A stretch of DNA of 64,000 nucleotides, taken from assembly GCF_002113885.1 (NCBI RefSeq), contig NW_018408744.1, forward strand, positions 59,965-123,964. The letters are read 5' to 3'. The notes beneath the pieces were generated by a model. The model did no database searches. It was not told the DNA's origin and saw only the letters and a program-made list of their open reading frames with translations. Origin of the DNA: Mizuhopecten yessoensis (lineage: Eukaryota). Both the position numbers and the translations under genes were made by a program. Shown piece by piece: positions 1 to 15,200 of the stretch (position 1 is its first letter; each line of letters opens with the position of its first letter).

Positions 1-2236
1 GAAATCAGCTTGTCTGACTAATGATCGTAAAGCATCATAACTGATAAGCATGAAGATGATACAAAATTATAAGGCTTAATTAATTTAACAATAAATTGAT
101 CTGACATTAAGGACCAGGATAGATTTAAATATGTTATACTAAGAAAAATAATGGAAACAAAGAATTGTTTGTTAAAAAAGATCATTAGTTTGATAAGATG
201 ATCATTTTGATTCAACTTAATTCCATACTTATTTGTAAATTATAGTCCTTTAATAGCATTGGAACCAGTGTATTTATTTTGATGATGATAATATATTTTA
301 ACTGAAACTTAAAGTCATATGACTGACTTATTTAACTAATTAGCTGTGCAATTAAGAGGAATCTATTGTATTTAAAAAAGTTTCTTTTATACACTACACA
401 TTTAATTGCATATTTCGAGGACTCCAGTATGAATAATTGCATAATATAATTAATTGAATGGGACTATAACACTAAAAAGGTAAAAATTGACACAAATGAT
501 AATGGGACAAAAAAAGAAGCACACCGACCCTCCATTTCTATGGATGTTTTAGAAAGAGAAACACATTTTCTTTTAATTCATTAAATATTAAAAAAAGTTT
601 AATACCAAAACTTTTTATATCAAGCGTTTAATCTGCAAAAAATGGTAAAAAATGAGTATTTTTTCATTAAAAAATAGGGGGTAGGGGTAACTAAAATCGG
701 CTTTCTGAGTTAAAAGAATAAGATTAAGAAATTTTACTTCTTTTTGGAAACATTTATTTTCTGGGGCTTAAATCTGTTACTCAAAATGTCTAACTCATAA
801 GTCGAGATTGCGATGCCTTATGTAACAAATTTCAATCAGAATTCCAGTCGCAGCAATATCACTAATTTTACATTTACACCGTTTTACCCACCGTTTTAAG
901 CGAAAACGACAGCTCTTCATTGAGACGAAAATACTTTCTCAACTTCAAAGACGCACGCAATGTTACATTTTGTATTGTATGTTGCCATGCAGTTGGATTA
1001 CGTTTCTTTTTCAAGTGATGTCCGCCTTTGAAATTCAATGATATCTTCCACGCTGTCGTTACCTTCATTCCAGGACTTTTTCATCATGAATTATTTTAAC
1101 AGTGTTAGTGGCTATATTTGGTATAGCTTCATGTAGGCGCAGGGAAATAATTGGAAGGAGCGGATTCCAATAGGTAAGAACGCTAGCTGTTGGATTAGCA
1201 CGCAATTCCACAACTACTGCAATTTATAACCCAATGAACATTCAAATTAAAAAAGTTAAACCAATTATTATTGGGCTTAAATTTGTGATTCCGTGACATC
1301 AAAATAAAAGCACATCAACTGTTACATGCAATTCCTACATAATACGAGGTGATCTAATTTACGGTAAGACATGAGGTACCCTTAACACGTGGCTTTCATA
1401 GTCACCTTTCGTGCAACTCTGCCTATCAAATATCGCATACAAAAACAATTCAACGGCGCGTCGATGGTAACTTTCAACCAGACACACATTTCGGTTTTAA
1501 TCTTGTTTCATTGCCTTGACAAAACTGAAAGTCTATTTTGATTTTGATTTACAAACATGTCAAGGATTCCAATATTTCTGCCCTTTTATTTGACACAGTG
1601 AATGTGAAATCTCATTTACATCATTGTATAAAACCAACCACGTTTAAGTGAGCAAAGATCGTTATCATTATAGATAAAAATACAATGTACTATTGCTTTT
1701 GTAAATCCATACACGTGTACATTATACTAATATCTCTCGGACGTTTACTGTGGCAATATGATCTTCATCAGAACATCATTCTGTCATATCATTGTCTACA
1801 ACTTGACCTTGAAGGTGTGCATTGGAAAGCCTCTTTTTTCAAAGTTACAAAGATTCACTTCGATTCTTATCTTCACGTTCATAACACCAAAGAAACATAA
1901 TACTTCTGTGCAGATTAATGTGGTTTATTTTAAACAAATTGTTATACCAATTGATAGAACAGCTACATTTTGCGGAATGAAGATATTTGTAATGGTTACT
2001 AGATCTGTCATGCGACAATTATCAATCAGATATCGTTATTTGATTTTGACTACACGCAATGATTTCCACCATGCACTCACATAATATGGTGGAATGTCTG
2101 AACATTGTCTGACTTATGATTAAGTAAGTATTGAAGCTTGTTTATAACAAGGTTTTTGTTGGTAGACGAAGGTTTATCTAACGATTATATAAACTATTGA
2201 TGCTATGATTATTTTTTCCTGGATCATGTACGTATA

Positions 2237-2540
2237 TCAAAGTCCTTAAAAATGGTGGTTGTTATTCCCTGCTTAACGTTCAGCATTTAAGGTAATGGCA
2301 ACAACTTGTTCACCCGTTGTCGGTATAATTTGACCGGACGGAATGCTGTCCTGGGTGCTTTCGACATGGTATTTCAGTGAGATTCGGCGTCAGATTCGCG
2401 CTATCACAAGAAGGCAATTAAACCAACATACTCTGTCTCCGGCACACATACACATGCCCTCATACACGACACACATGGTGGCATTTCCTTAAATGACTTA
2501 AGCTGTTGATAGGACGTTAAACAAAACCAAACAAAACCAT
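2237..2540 (+). mobile_element. 5'-truncated Meta-domain-type SINE remnant
   Basis: aaagtccttaaaaatggtggttg...cagcatttaagg core, and a 3' tail taaatgacttaagctgttgataggacgttaaac followed by aaacc-type repeats. The same tail recurs inverted at 52384-52448. Confidence 0.6.
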
Positions 2541-3685
2541 GTATAACTGTACGTATAAACAATGGAACCTTGATTTAAAACAGGTTTAAAAATATTGGCG
2601 TCAACAAGGAGGCCTGAAATCCGATTTCAAATTGTTTTGAGGATGTAACATCCTTAAGATTATGGACCTACCAATGTCATTCTCTCCTACTTCCACGTAC
2701 CAATTATTTTGCATAATGCGATGGGTTGGGACAATGGAATTCTATAATTAACTGAGTAAAAATAATCCAGTTTGTTTAGCAACATTTATCCTGGTAAATA
2801 AAACAGTTATGGAACCAGATTATTAAACATTTCATTCGTGTTACAAACTTATTTGTCGATTGCAAAAGCAATATTACAGAAATGCATAGGAAATGGTAAG
2901 AGTAAAAGTATACTATAAACTTACAAAACGAATGGAATGGAATAAGTGGTAAAACTGCTTGATATACTTAATCCACTTAAAAAGTATATATAAATCTAGG
3001 AGGTTTGAAAGACATGGTATGATTTATAAAAAAAAGTGTAATGATTAAATGATAGTTTTGTTCTCCAGTGAGATAAGTAATAACAGTTTTCGTTATTTCC
3101 TCGAAATAAGAATGCTCTGAAACAAATTACCTAAAATGTCAGAGTATAACAAGCAATCCTTTACAAAAAGATGTTCTCCTTACATTCTTGCTCAAATAGT
3201 ACAGCAACGCCGCAAGTAGAGGTGGAGGGTTGCAGTCAATCTCTATGTCATCTACCGCTTCCATATTTAGTGAAATTTGTGTTTGTCTGTTTCTCGCACC
3301 TCAGACAAAGATATCCCAAGTCATACCCCGTGCTAGATTTTTCTATCTCGTCCGATCTGTCTTGCACCTTTACGTGACATTTCGCGGAATTTTTACACTG
3401 CGATGTATTCATCAGCGAGTTAACTGCTTGAAATTAACAATCTGCATTATAAATGATCTGTTTTATTGTTATATGTAGAGTTTTGATGCTGTTAGATATC
3501 TTATGTTGTAGATAAAATATAATCTATACTGTGAAATACATTGTCATCTATGTAAGAACGGACAGCATGTTTACGCGGAAGCATTCAAATGTAGCTTAAG
3601 TAGTGAAGAGATCATTATCATTTGAGGCCCCAGACGGGATACTTGATGTTTTTAGCAAAAAAATATTTTTGATCGAGCTGCAGTC

Positions 3686-3736
3686 TCTGTAACATCCTAA
3701 CCGAGGCTTATGCCTCGGTTGGGATTTTGTTACAGA
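3686..3736. repeat. Fold-back palindrome (hairpin element remnant)
   Basis: tctgtaacatcctaaccgaggc-ttat-gcctcggttgggattttgttacaga; the arms are reverse complements with small mismatches. Confidence 0.75.
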
Positions 3737-5972
3737 ATCTTAACCCTCGACCATAACCCGATCTCGCTCAGTTACAGGTCATATATTTTATTAGTATAGT
3801 GCCGTTGTCTAAAACTCGAATCAGTTGAAGACTCGCTGATTTACCTGTATAAATCCGTACTATTTCTTACACAGAAAAGCAGTCCTTTTACTCGACGTCC
3901 TAACATTGGTCTTCATCACTATCTGTAGTTTACAAGGAGTTATTTCCCTTCCTATAAATACCGCTTTTTGTTTACTCGATGAATATAGGTTGAACAATAT
4001 ACTAAAAATGTTCCGCAAATCTCGTGTGTACCCTGTAAACTGCCGACCTTTTGTATTCCTTTAGGCGTCATAAATATTCTTGATCTCTTCATGTATATTG
4101 AAATATTCCACTTCTTGCTTTTGTATATTCACAGATACACTGTTTAATTATGTTGAATATATTTCTGCCTATGTTTCTTTGCCAAAGGTCTCTGTGTATA
4201 AATGATGACAAGCGTTTGCTCTTTTCTATTTTCCGTAGATATATTTCCATATTCCTTTGCGTTTTTTTTCCTTTGGCATTATTTCTTTATTTGATCTTAA
4301 TTATATATGTACTTTCGTGATTACTGTGTTCTCTTCCTTGTCACACTTCTTTCTCTTCTGAGCTCCTTTTTATACTCTCGTCCTTTTTCTTAATGCTCTG
4401 TGTTGTGCAATAAAGAGGAATACTTCATTTTTTTCATTTTGTGTTTCTTCTTTGTCCAATCAAATTCTCACAGAACTTTATTTGACCCTGTAAAATATAT
4501 TTTGTTGAGGCACTTCATGTATTTTTCAAAATAGCTTAGCATAACAAAGTTGATACATAACCCTTTCTGATGTTGTTCTTAGGTTCGTGAAGTGATGGTT
4601 GGTAACTGGCTATGTTGAATTTCCTCTATTGGGACTTAGTGTAGGGAGTGATCTGTCAACACTTTTGTTGTTGTGTAAAGTTCTACAAACTGCCTTATAA
4701 ACAAACGACAACTCTTTTGTGATGATACAACACTGCAGCGTTTAATGTCACGGATATATAACAGTTGAGCAAGTACAGTATTTATTGTAATTAGGATTTG
4801 CCTTGAGCATTCTCATTCACACAGCCTTTTGTCTCGTCCCAGATTTATATATACACATTTACAAAGTATATATATACGACAATAAACACATCACAAAAAC
4901 TAGACGAAACAGACCTATATAAGTAATACTGTTGTAAAGGCGCATAACAATAACTTATGTATTATAGTATTTGTTTTCTAATTCTAATATATATATATAT
5001 ATATACAAAATATATCACAGATTCCTTGGACGGCGTTTATGTGAGAGGTTACCTCCCTTTCAAGAAGTTACCTCCCTTTCATAGCGAGTATGTTATCTAA
5101 CACATGGTCACACAGTACGACAGTGGTAATAAAACATGATCAGTTGTGTTACAATGATATTAAATGTGTTTTATCACATGAAAACAGACATATTAAAGTA
5201 TGCAAAAACATATAAAATAATTTAAGATCGTAAAACATCTACAAGTTTGTGTCAATGTGGTTATAAGTTTGTGCAGTTCCAATATAAATGTCAAAACGTC
5301 GACGACTTGTTTCATTACCAGACCGTTATTTCCACCACTCAGTTGAAATACGTTTCGTATATTTAATAGGGCAAATCCTCAGTTTCTTATACTTATACAA
5401 ACCTGGAAATACTGTTTCTGTCTTAACTATATGTATGCTTCACATTCATAACTGTGAGAAAAAAACGGCCTGATCAATGATAAATATGTCATTTGATAAC
5501 ATATTTCAATTTATCAATAAATTATAATCTGGACTCACTTTTAAGTCATTTTCAGTTATACCATTCAGAAAATACCCTGTTCATGTTCCAACAATAAAAT
5601 AATGACCTGTAATCTTAAATGATAAGGTAGGGCCTCGATGTAGATTTTTACCTATGAAGGTCAGTAATATTTAGAATATTAAGAACGAATAGTTCACTCT
5701 TATATTTGTCCTGTATGAGAAGGTTAAAGGTCAATCTTGATCAAAAAATATAACACAAATTAACCTCCAGAAACCCAGCCTAAACAAGTCCTGGTCAATC
5801 TTGTGTGATCTTTAATACGAAAATATTAAGTGATCTTCAATGCAAAAATATTCAAACAAGTACAGTGTATAAGTTCCATTTGTTAACAGGACGTTCTTGT
5901 ATCTCTCCTCGAATCAGCAGTAAAGTGTTCATTTTACAAAATGGTTAGATTGTCTCTTGTACTTGTTTGATA

Positions 5973-6211
5973 TTAAAATGTATTAGGGCTTGTCACATCC
6001 GCTCGTTGTTGATCTACTGGCGCTGGTTTTGATTGGTTAGCTGCAGCATCTTCCCTTTTGCCCTGCGCGGATGTGGTAAACCGGAACGAGGTTCCTGGGG
6101 CAGGTGGAGCCTCGGTCTTGATTGGGGACCGTCTTCCGGCATTGGTCGGCGGGCGTGAGAATTGTTTCTTGAATGCTTCGCTTACTGGTGGACGGATATT
6201 GGTCGTAAGTT
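5973..6211 (-). CDS. TBATA: TBATA-like terminal coding exon (ELTTNIRPP...SPNTF*)
   Basis: Acceptor tttgtag|, phase 1, open to TAA at 5975-5973. GC-rich relative to flanks. Confidence 0.78.
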
Positions 6212-9200
6212 CTACAAACGAAACGAAACGCAGTATAGACAAAATATCTACAAAGTTACATTTGAATAGGAATAAAAATTATCACGAAATGTTATATATA
6301 TAGACAAGATAGATGCAAAGGTATTTATGAGGACAAGATAAAAAGGCAACGTTAACTATTTTGGCAAGAACAATGCAAAGGAAACGTTACTTACATATAC
6401 GCGATACAAACGTAACTTTACATGTATATTTATCTATTCCAAACACTGCCTTTCATCACACACAATCAAACCCCTTAAACTCGCTGTTAGGAGAACCATC
6501 ACTTGACTGTATTGAATCAAACGTGGAAAGGAAGCAATTATAAATATCATAAAAGGGAATTTGTTCATTACACTAATTCGAAAGATATCGTTTTACACAT
6601 TAAAAGATAGCGTAACTAACAGAGTTACAACAAATTACAATATGAAGGTGTCGAAAACAATAGAAATATCACAGGTTCACCAAAGATTGGGATTTAAGAT
6701 TTTATATCGAAATCAATATAAATAGCGATTAGAGAGAAACTGACTTTATAAACATAAATTGGTAAAAATACAGTAGAACTGTTTATACAAAATCTTTTAA
6801 GTAAGCCTAAATACCTGACCTAATGGTTGGAAACGTTTTTGCATGAGCAGATTGATAATTAAGAATGAGATGCTAAAACACATAAAAATAGAAATATATG
6901 AAAATTAGTGAAATTGTAATATTGTTCACAGTTTTTGTATTTTGTATGACACAGATCCCACATCATTTGAAATAAGTTCCGACGAAAGCAATCCCTTTTT
7001 AGTTAAAAACCTGTTAAATAGTATATTCTCGTACCCATACATGTACAGTAATTACCGCCTGTATTAATCATAGTTTCAGATATATGTATATATTTGATGT
7101 TACGCCACCACCTTAGCTGAAGTTAAGCTGTTATGCCTCTGATTTATTTAAAGTTATTTAGTTTTGTTATACAAATGAAATAAAATTACATGTTCAAATT
7201 TTCGGATTATAAGCAACACAACTCTTCAGCAAAACACTACGAAAGTCAAAAGGTATGTGTCACATCACGTGATAGGCTTTTACTTGCACATATGTGGCAA
7301 AACAGGTGAGTATAAACCAGTGGTGAGGTGTAGTGATACAAACACATTCCATAGCGTAAAGTGTCTGTATAGTTCCTTATTTTGTAGGATCATATGATAT
7401 TACGTGATAAATCAGCGGTATTCGAGGCGGATCTCACCTAAACACTAACGGATCTAATGTTAAGAACAGTCTGGTGATACCATGTGTAGTGTAGTGTAAG
7501 ACGCCGTGTTAAACAGATGTAGTGCAGTGATCAGTGGTGAATGGCTCGCTTGAATTTCCGTGAAATATTTTAGGTGTCCCGTGGGATGCAGGGAATATCA
7601 TTTGTAGAATTAAATCTTTAATTAATAAGCTCTTAGCAAAAAATGAATATAGCTAGACCATGACTTTGCATACTAAGGCTATGTCAGCTACAATATTAAC
7701 TGTGGATTTAAAAGTATTTTGTAAAGAGTGACCCGTTTTGGAGTAGGTACCGATCTCTCCTTGGAAACCATATAATTGGTGCTGTGTTTGTGATTTAATG
7801 ATTAACACACATTGTTGGGAAGGCCACCTGTCTTAGTATATATAGCTGATGTCTGCCTAATTACGTAAATTGTTTCAAATCAAATTACTAGTGCTGCTTT
7901 GTTCATGTCAAACGTTTCAGTGCGATTTATGATAAACCGATGTTGATAACGTAAATCACAGAAATAGGGGTGCTGCTTGTTCTGACTGTTGTGTGGAGAC
8001 ATAATAAGCGACATATAAGCAGCACAATCATTGTATACCTCCTACCTCCTGGAAACCTAGCACTTCCGGGAGGAACTCAAACTCTGGAAAACCAGCAAGA
8101 CTACAGTCTGAACATGTGTTACATGTCAGAGGCCAAAACACAGGTTAACACTGTCATTTACTCACGCTTCTAATCAAGACAATCGTTCAATTGTAATCTG
8201 CTTATATCAAATCACGAATTGATCTAATTTTCAATAATATTTCATATTCAGCCGCTAACTATGACTGGTCGGAAACAAATTACACCATACTCCTATATAA
8301 AATACTAAATTGTAAACGGACTATGACATGCATGTTCAAATTAGTAATTCTGATTAATCTTGTTACGAATAATATAAAAGCATTTTCCGAATTGTTTTTA
8401 AAATGATTTACTGGCAGACCGCATTTTGCAACGATTTTCGTAATTTTAAAAATATGAACTTACCTCAAAACAACTATTTACACCAATTTATAAAGTAAGC
8501 CCCAAAAATATTGTTAGGATATAATAAAGGAAGTTCAGTTTTACCATTTACGTTTCACACAAGATGTTAATCATCTACAACACTACAGAGAACCTACTTC
8601 TATCCAAACAATTGCTTTGATTTGTAATTCAGTCGTGTGTTAGTATGTTTTATCAAATGTTAAGGGTGTGTGTGACGTAGTACCCACCATCCTGATCAGT
8701 AATGACGGGTTTGGGTGGAGCCTTAGGCCCCATGGACTGCATCTGTGGCTCCCCCGGGACTCCGTTATCCTCCAGGATGAGCCTGTAACACACAACGTAC
8801 ACGGATATATAGCAGATGGAGGAAGGGCCTCGTTACCCAACAGTAGTAATGCCACACTAAGAAACGTGTACATATGTATATTAAAAATCGTCTGTTAAAT
8901 GATGATCAACGCTGAAACTGCAAAAAGAGCATACATTGATCTAAATAAGTTCATTTTGAATAATAAGGTTAGGCTAAAAATCTTTAAATTTTATTTATTT
9001 ATTTAATTTTTGATTTTTGTCAAACTACTGGTATAGTTTTACGATAGCCTACCCTAATGTGTTTGAGTCAAGTAAAGTAAAGAATTGTATTCAAAGTAAC
9101 TTATATAAATTTTGTAAATGAAGTATTTGCACACCCACTGTCTAGAGGATGATCCACACACAAAATGAACGTTTCAGGCCTAATAAATGTTTGTTAGAGA

Positions 9201-12200
9201 AACAACCCTGACACAATTCACCATACTACATACCTGTCAATTGTCCTCTCCATATCCCCAGGCATAGTTTGTTTCTGACCTTCGCCGATAGGGGGCAGGA
9301 TAGTTCTCTGCTCATCCATAAATTCGGGGTTGTAGTCATGTCTGTAGTAAGTCTCCTTAGACCCCATGGCCGCTTTTATCATGTCCATCACCATCGTCTT
9401 TTCTAAAATAATATCCATAGCGGTGTTGTTAATGTAATATCTTCTCTATACAAATACCCATAGAGATGCTATTCATGCTATGTCTTCTCTATAGAAATAC
9501 CCATAGAGATGCTATTTATGCTATGTCTTCTCTATAGAAATACCCATAGAGATGATGTTTATGCTATGTCTTCTCTATAGAAATACCCATAGAGATACTG
9601 TTTATGTTATGTCTTCTCTATAGAAATACCCAAAAGAGTTACTGTTTTTGCTGTGTCTTCTCTTTGGAAATACCCATAGAGGTATTTTTATGGCTATTTG
9701 AAAACAATAGTGGTCTTATTTAACTATTTTCTCTGTAGAAATACCCATAGTATTTGTATGCAATTGTTTTCATTGTACCAATGCCAGAAGTTCTGGTAAG
9801 TTCAGTAAATAAAAGAGGCAGACAGTTTGCCTCGTATAAAGAAGTCATTTTGCCAAATGGTACAGAACTTTTCTTACAATAGTGGTCTAATTTAACTGTA
9901 GTGTCTGTAGAAATGTCCACACATCGTTGTTTATACTATAAAGATGTTTCTATAAAAAATTTCCACAACCAAGTTGTTTATACTTTATGAATGTTTAAAT
10001 TTGACATTAAAATCTGAAGAACGATTTTTTTCAATAAACTGAACGAGCACTTTTCTAGAGTAATTTTTCTGTTGACAAAATCTTATTTTTAATGTTATTA
10101 ACGGTTATACCTCGCTCCCCTGCCGAACATAGCCAAGCCTGGACCGCGTTAATGTCCTCTGTCTGGAGGATCTGACACAGCATGGACAACACCTACACAA
10201 CAGACGAAATATGGTATCAGTTGTGCACACAGGTACGAGAGTACTTCATAAACAACAATACTCAATGTGTGGCAGGACAACGTAACGCCTGGACATCATA
10301 ATGGGTATTTTTTAAAAAGTCAAAAAAATAGAAAGCACTAAATAAATACTTTTACAAATGTACAAGGTGATAAAAAACAAACAGATGACCATAATAAGGG
10401 TCACATCAGCCTAGATGAGTTCACGATCATCGTTTAGGATAGAAGAAGGAGAATCTAGACAAAGAGGAATATGATATGTCTCCACTCTAGGAGAGTGTCT
10501 TAAATTTTCGTAAAAACAGACGTTTCTATATGTTTATCAATCCTTTGGAATTTGCGAATTATATCTCTAGAAGTAGTTCCTGAACACTCACCATGCTTTC
10601 CATATCTGGCTGTGCTGCTATGTGACGTAACAGTGGTTCACGTGCGCCCTGTCGAGATGCACGCCGGGAAGCCCCACGTGACATTGCACGGGAAGGTGGG
10701 GGTATAAGTCGACCCGTTTCCGCGGAGTAAAGGGTCCGTGGTCGTTCGGGTTCCTTCGGTGCCAAAAGAGCCTGCGGTTTTTGTTGTTGTTCCTCCCCCA
10801 TCAGGATTCGTGTAAGCTGCTGGAGTTCGTCCCTCCACGCCTCTGTTACAGGAACTGAATGGAAACAGAAGAAAAAAAATCATGATGTATCGTTGTACAT
10901 CAAATCTGACCTTAACGAAACAGGTCCGATACCAAACGCATCCAACGAAACATGCGTTCTAATTCAACAACTAATTCTATAGGTCTATTTTATTACTTGT
11001 GCACATTTATGTACCTATAAGTTTTATTAAGTATACATATAGAGTACAACATTTTTTTTTATATAAAGCAGTAAAAATTGAAATGGTTTTCCTCAGCAAA
11101 GGTTTATCCGGTATTTTTTCGGAAAACGGACCCTGGGATGAAAATGGGAAATCATTAACCTCAGATTAAACACAGGGAAATGTGGATGATCATTATGACA
11201 ATTTTGAAAACAGCATATCAGACTTTTAGACTTTAAAGCTTACCTCAAGAACACCACTATAATTCAAGTCTTTATACATATGCTGCATGTTGAGAACTCG
11301 ATCAATTGTGAAGATTTTATGTTAATTTATGCATAATTTGTTTAGGGTAAATTTGGAAAAATCACCTACGTTTCGATCTGACATGGGTCCTGGAAAAGAC
11401 CGTCAAAGTACTCGGATAACCCCTGCTCAGGTAATTGATACATTTGTAAGAGAGTTCATTCATCAATGATTAAAATAATACTCATTATATCATATTTTTT
11501 AACTTGATATGGATTTGCACTGTGATCAATTATAATAATCCTTGTGATTTGAAAGACAAAGACAGAAGAGAAAACACAGCATTTTTAACTGTTTATTACA
11601 GACAAAGACAATATTGACATTATGACATTCATAACATTATATAACTATTTATGTACAAAAAAAGTCATAAAAATAACTCCCACGATTCATATGTTTTGAT
11701 TTGTCACTGTATTTTATTACCTAGAACTAGAACCTAAAACACAAAACTCGCTACGAAACTTAAAGTTGTTAAAAGTTTGCATATCCTGGCACAGCGATAT
11801 GTAGAGCTCTTTACGTGTTCACTATATATGATTTGTAATAATTAAATATGCGAATCAGTCCTAGAATTAACTGGAATATATACAATCGAAAAATAAAGAA
11901 GTAGGTAAGTCCTATATCTTTGTTTTCAGATGTCCAATATTATGCATGTATATCTTTTCAAGAAACACAATCCACAATCCACAAACTCGGCTGGTGCTAG
12001 CTATGGCGGAATGAGTATTAATATCACGACGTGGTAAGAAGGATAACTCCAATGCACTTCTAACGTAAATTATTATGTGTCCTTTGGACTCACAATTGCC
12101 TCTAAAATGTCAGTCTACTCATATCACATCAAAACGTTAATTATTTGTGGAAACATTCCGAAATTCTGTGAAATTGTCACGTGTTCTCAAACTTCCAAGC

Positions 12201-15200
12201 TGGACTACGTTGAGTGATGGTCTGCACTAAAAGCACGTGACTTAATTCCATACAGACCTTGGTTGCATCACCGCAACAAATGATTGTAGCTGTACGAGTA
12301 CCTAAGCGACCCGATCGACCTGACATTACCCCTAACGTCAGTTCGAGGTGTCCCGCTCGCTAATTAAAAAGCAGATAGGGATAATCGTCAGAATCGGCGC
12401 AAACGTTAGTGTTCAAACTAAAATATAGTTTAATGATTTAAGAACGTAGGTTTACAGAAGTATCCACCATAATACCAATTTCATTCAAGGTGTGATTTAT
12501 AATCAAATTGAAAAACCTCAACACTGCATCGCACGAAAATGCCCCCAAGGACTCATTTAAACGACATTAAATATTGAAAGGCGGTTTTCTGTTTGGATTT
12601 GTAGTTGAATTGGACGTGGTAACGGTTTAACACCATATAAACAATCATGCTCTTTGTTTACCCTCCTTGTTTAATGTAATGATGGCAGTGCAATATCAAT
12701 TGTATTAGCTTTCAGACCTTGGTTATTATTTTCTACAACTGCTATAAAACGGGTTGTTTTACGTAACGTTTGAATGCTTGAAAATAATCAGTAACTATTC
12801 AATGCCAAGTAATTATTTGCTCATACTTACTCTAGAACTCAAATAGATTCTATTTCAGGTAACGTTTCAAATACACATGGACAGGGAAGGGAGCATCACT
12901 CTACATGTTGTTGTCAATGATAAATTGCTCACTCACCCATGCCGACTTTGGGGATGGCCTTTTCCCTCCAGGGGTAGCTCTGTAGGCCGGTGAAGTACTG
13001 TAGCCCCGTCACGGTATTGATGGGGTGGAGCTGAGAGTTAACGTTGATGGCGTTGACGGGAACCTTGCCGTGGTTGTTCATCTTGTTGTTGTTAAAAGCG
13101 TTTGGAGGGAATTGCAAGGAGTACTTTGGACTAGAAAAGTAGCCATTGTCATTCACAGCACAGATAGGCACATCTAAAAGACCTGTAAAACAGAAATTTG
13201 ATACAATATGAAATCCCGGGTTTTTTTACAGCCGTTTCAAGTATATCACCTTGAGGAAGGAGCCTGTGAACATTGGGTTTGATTAAGTATTAGGCATGTT
13301 TAGGCATGTTTCCTAGCAGGACAAACGTCATATACGGACACCATATATTGCATGTAATTCAATAGGAGCAACATTTTCCCAAGAATTCATATTTACATAT
13401 TACAGATCTAGAGCTGGAGAAATGTTTTTCAGTACATCTGATATAAATTCAACATTTACTGAAGTCAATACAAAGCATCGTGAACCTGTTGGTACATTTC
13501 TGGCTAGTCTTACCAACTAGTATTTTACATTTTACAATATTCTTTTTTTTAACGTAAAGACAACAGTGATATTCTAATAAAGATGAATGAGTGAAATTAA
13601 ATTTGACTTTTTATTTTATTCGGGCTCCGAGACGGGTACATTGTTAAAATGTACAGGTTCCATTAATGATATCATAATGCCTGCCACTACATTGTTTTTT
13701 TTTTCATATCTAATCTCCTGATATTACTTTCGGGGTAAACATTTCCCTTCAGAAAACTATAGGTTTCTTTAAGAAACAACTTAAAGAAAGTTTGTACCTG
13801 GCCTTGCATCACGCTCACTCGATAAACAAAATTAGCGGACAAAACAAATATTGACAGAATTTTACGTACAATTGTGTTTTTACACAATAATCCGACCTCA
13901 AAATAACATAGCACTGAAGGTTTGAGGCCTGTACGGTAAAATATATTTATTAAGTGGGTTACTTGCATAATGCGAGGTGCTACAATGTTTGTCTTACATA
14001 CTTTTTTACTTAAAAAAATAGTTTTGCGCTTCGGCCAAAGAGATTGCAGTGTTAGTCCACCATCGAACACAAATAAATAATTTAATCATATCGATACACA
14101 ATCCCAATGCTTTCATGTGGCTGTTTCCTAATTGTTTGGCGCTATGTAATAATTTTTTGAGCTAGAAGATGAGGTGATATCTAGTTACATATCTAATAAA
14201 ATATATCGGGAAGATAATATTTCCTTGATATGAGAGTCGTTGTAGATTTGGAAGAGTGTGTTTTTGTATGTCCGTCTTTTGTTACAAGTGTACATTTGTT
14301 AAACTGACCAAAGTCTTGATGTTCTTCTCATCGCCTGTCAATGTGATATACTCGGATATAGATGATGACTTTACCAAAATAAAAGGTTTGATTGCACAGA
14401 AATTAAAACTAAAACGGTGACCTGTTTTATAAAGCATCTTATCAAGTAAAGTAAACATGTAAATATTTTGGTGGAACTACAATGTAAATATTTTGTAATA
14501 AAATCACATTTTTTTTCTATAATTTTCCAAACGCGATACCATATTGTGATCTATATCCAACCTCACCGCCGCATGTGTCCATGCAGAGCATTGATCAATC
14601 AAAGAAAAACAATCTCATGATCTTACCCTAGATGTAATATCTGCCTTCCACCCCCCGAATAAAACTAACAATAAATAGTGTATATATATTAAATGTATAA
14701 TTAAAGCTTTTATACGATTGTGAATTTATTAAACACAATTAAAAACAGGCAATTATATAAACCGGTTGATCCTACGTGACGGGGAGACTAGTCCACGGAC
14801 AATGACCGACTTCACGCTCCACGGCCACGTGTGTATAGGGAACGACAGTATTATCCGGCAATCACACACACAAGAATTCCAACCGAATTACGTTTTTATT
14901 TTGTTAAAAGTAATAGTCCACGAACAATAGCGGGTAATGCCTTGTAGCTATGACGACATGTAAACTGTCAGGAAGCAGTCTGAGTGTCGTGGCCTAACAA
15001 GCCGTTGTCGTACTTTACGACTTACGTTTGGGCTGATCCTGGTAATACACACACTCATTTTGGTGTCACTCTATGCGTTAAATCCACCTAGAATGGTTAC
15101 ATAACATTTGGAAAGGAGTACCAAACGCGAACTAGCGAGTTACAATTGAGATCGAGCTTACATCGACTACGGCAAATGAAGCTTGAAACGTATTAGAAAT

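Noticed and set aside
1-1385. Possible TTAA-flanked DNA transposon end (ggtaccc|ttaa at ~1375-1385)
   Set aside because: No partner terminus or transposase is visible within the window.
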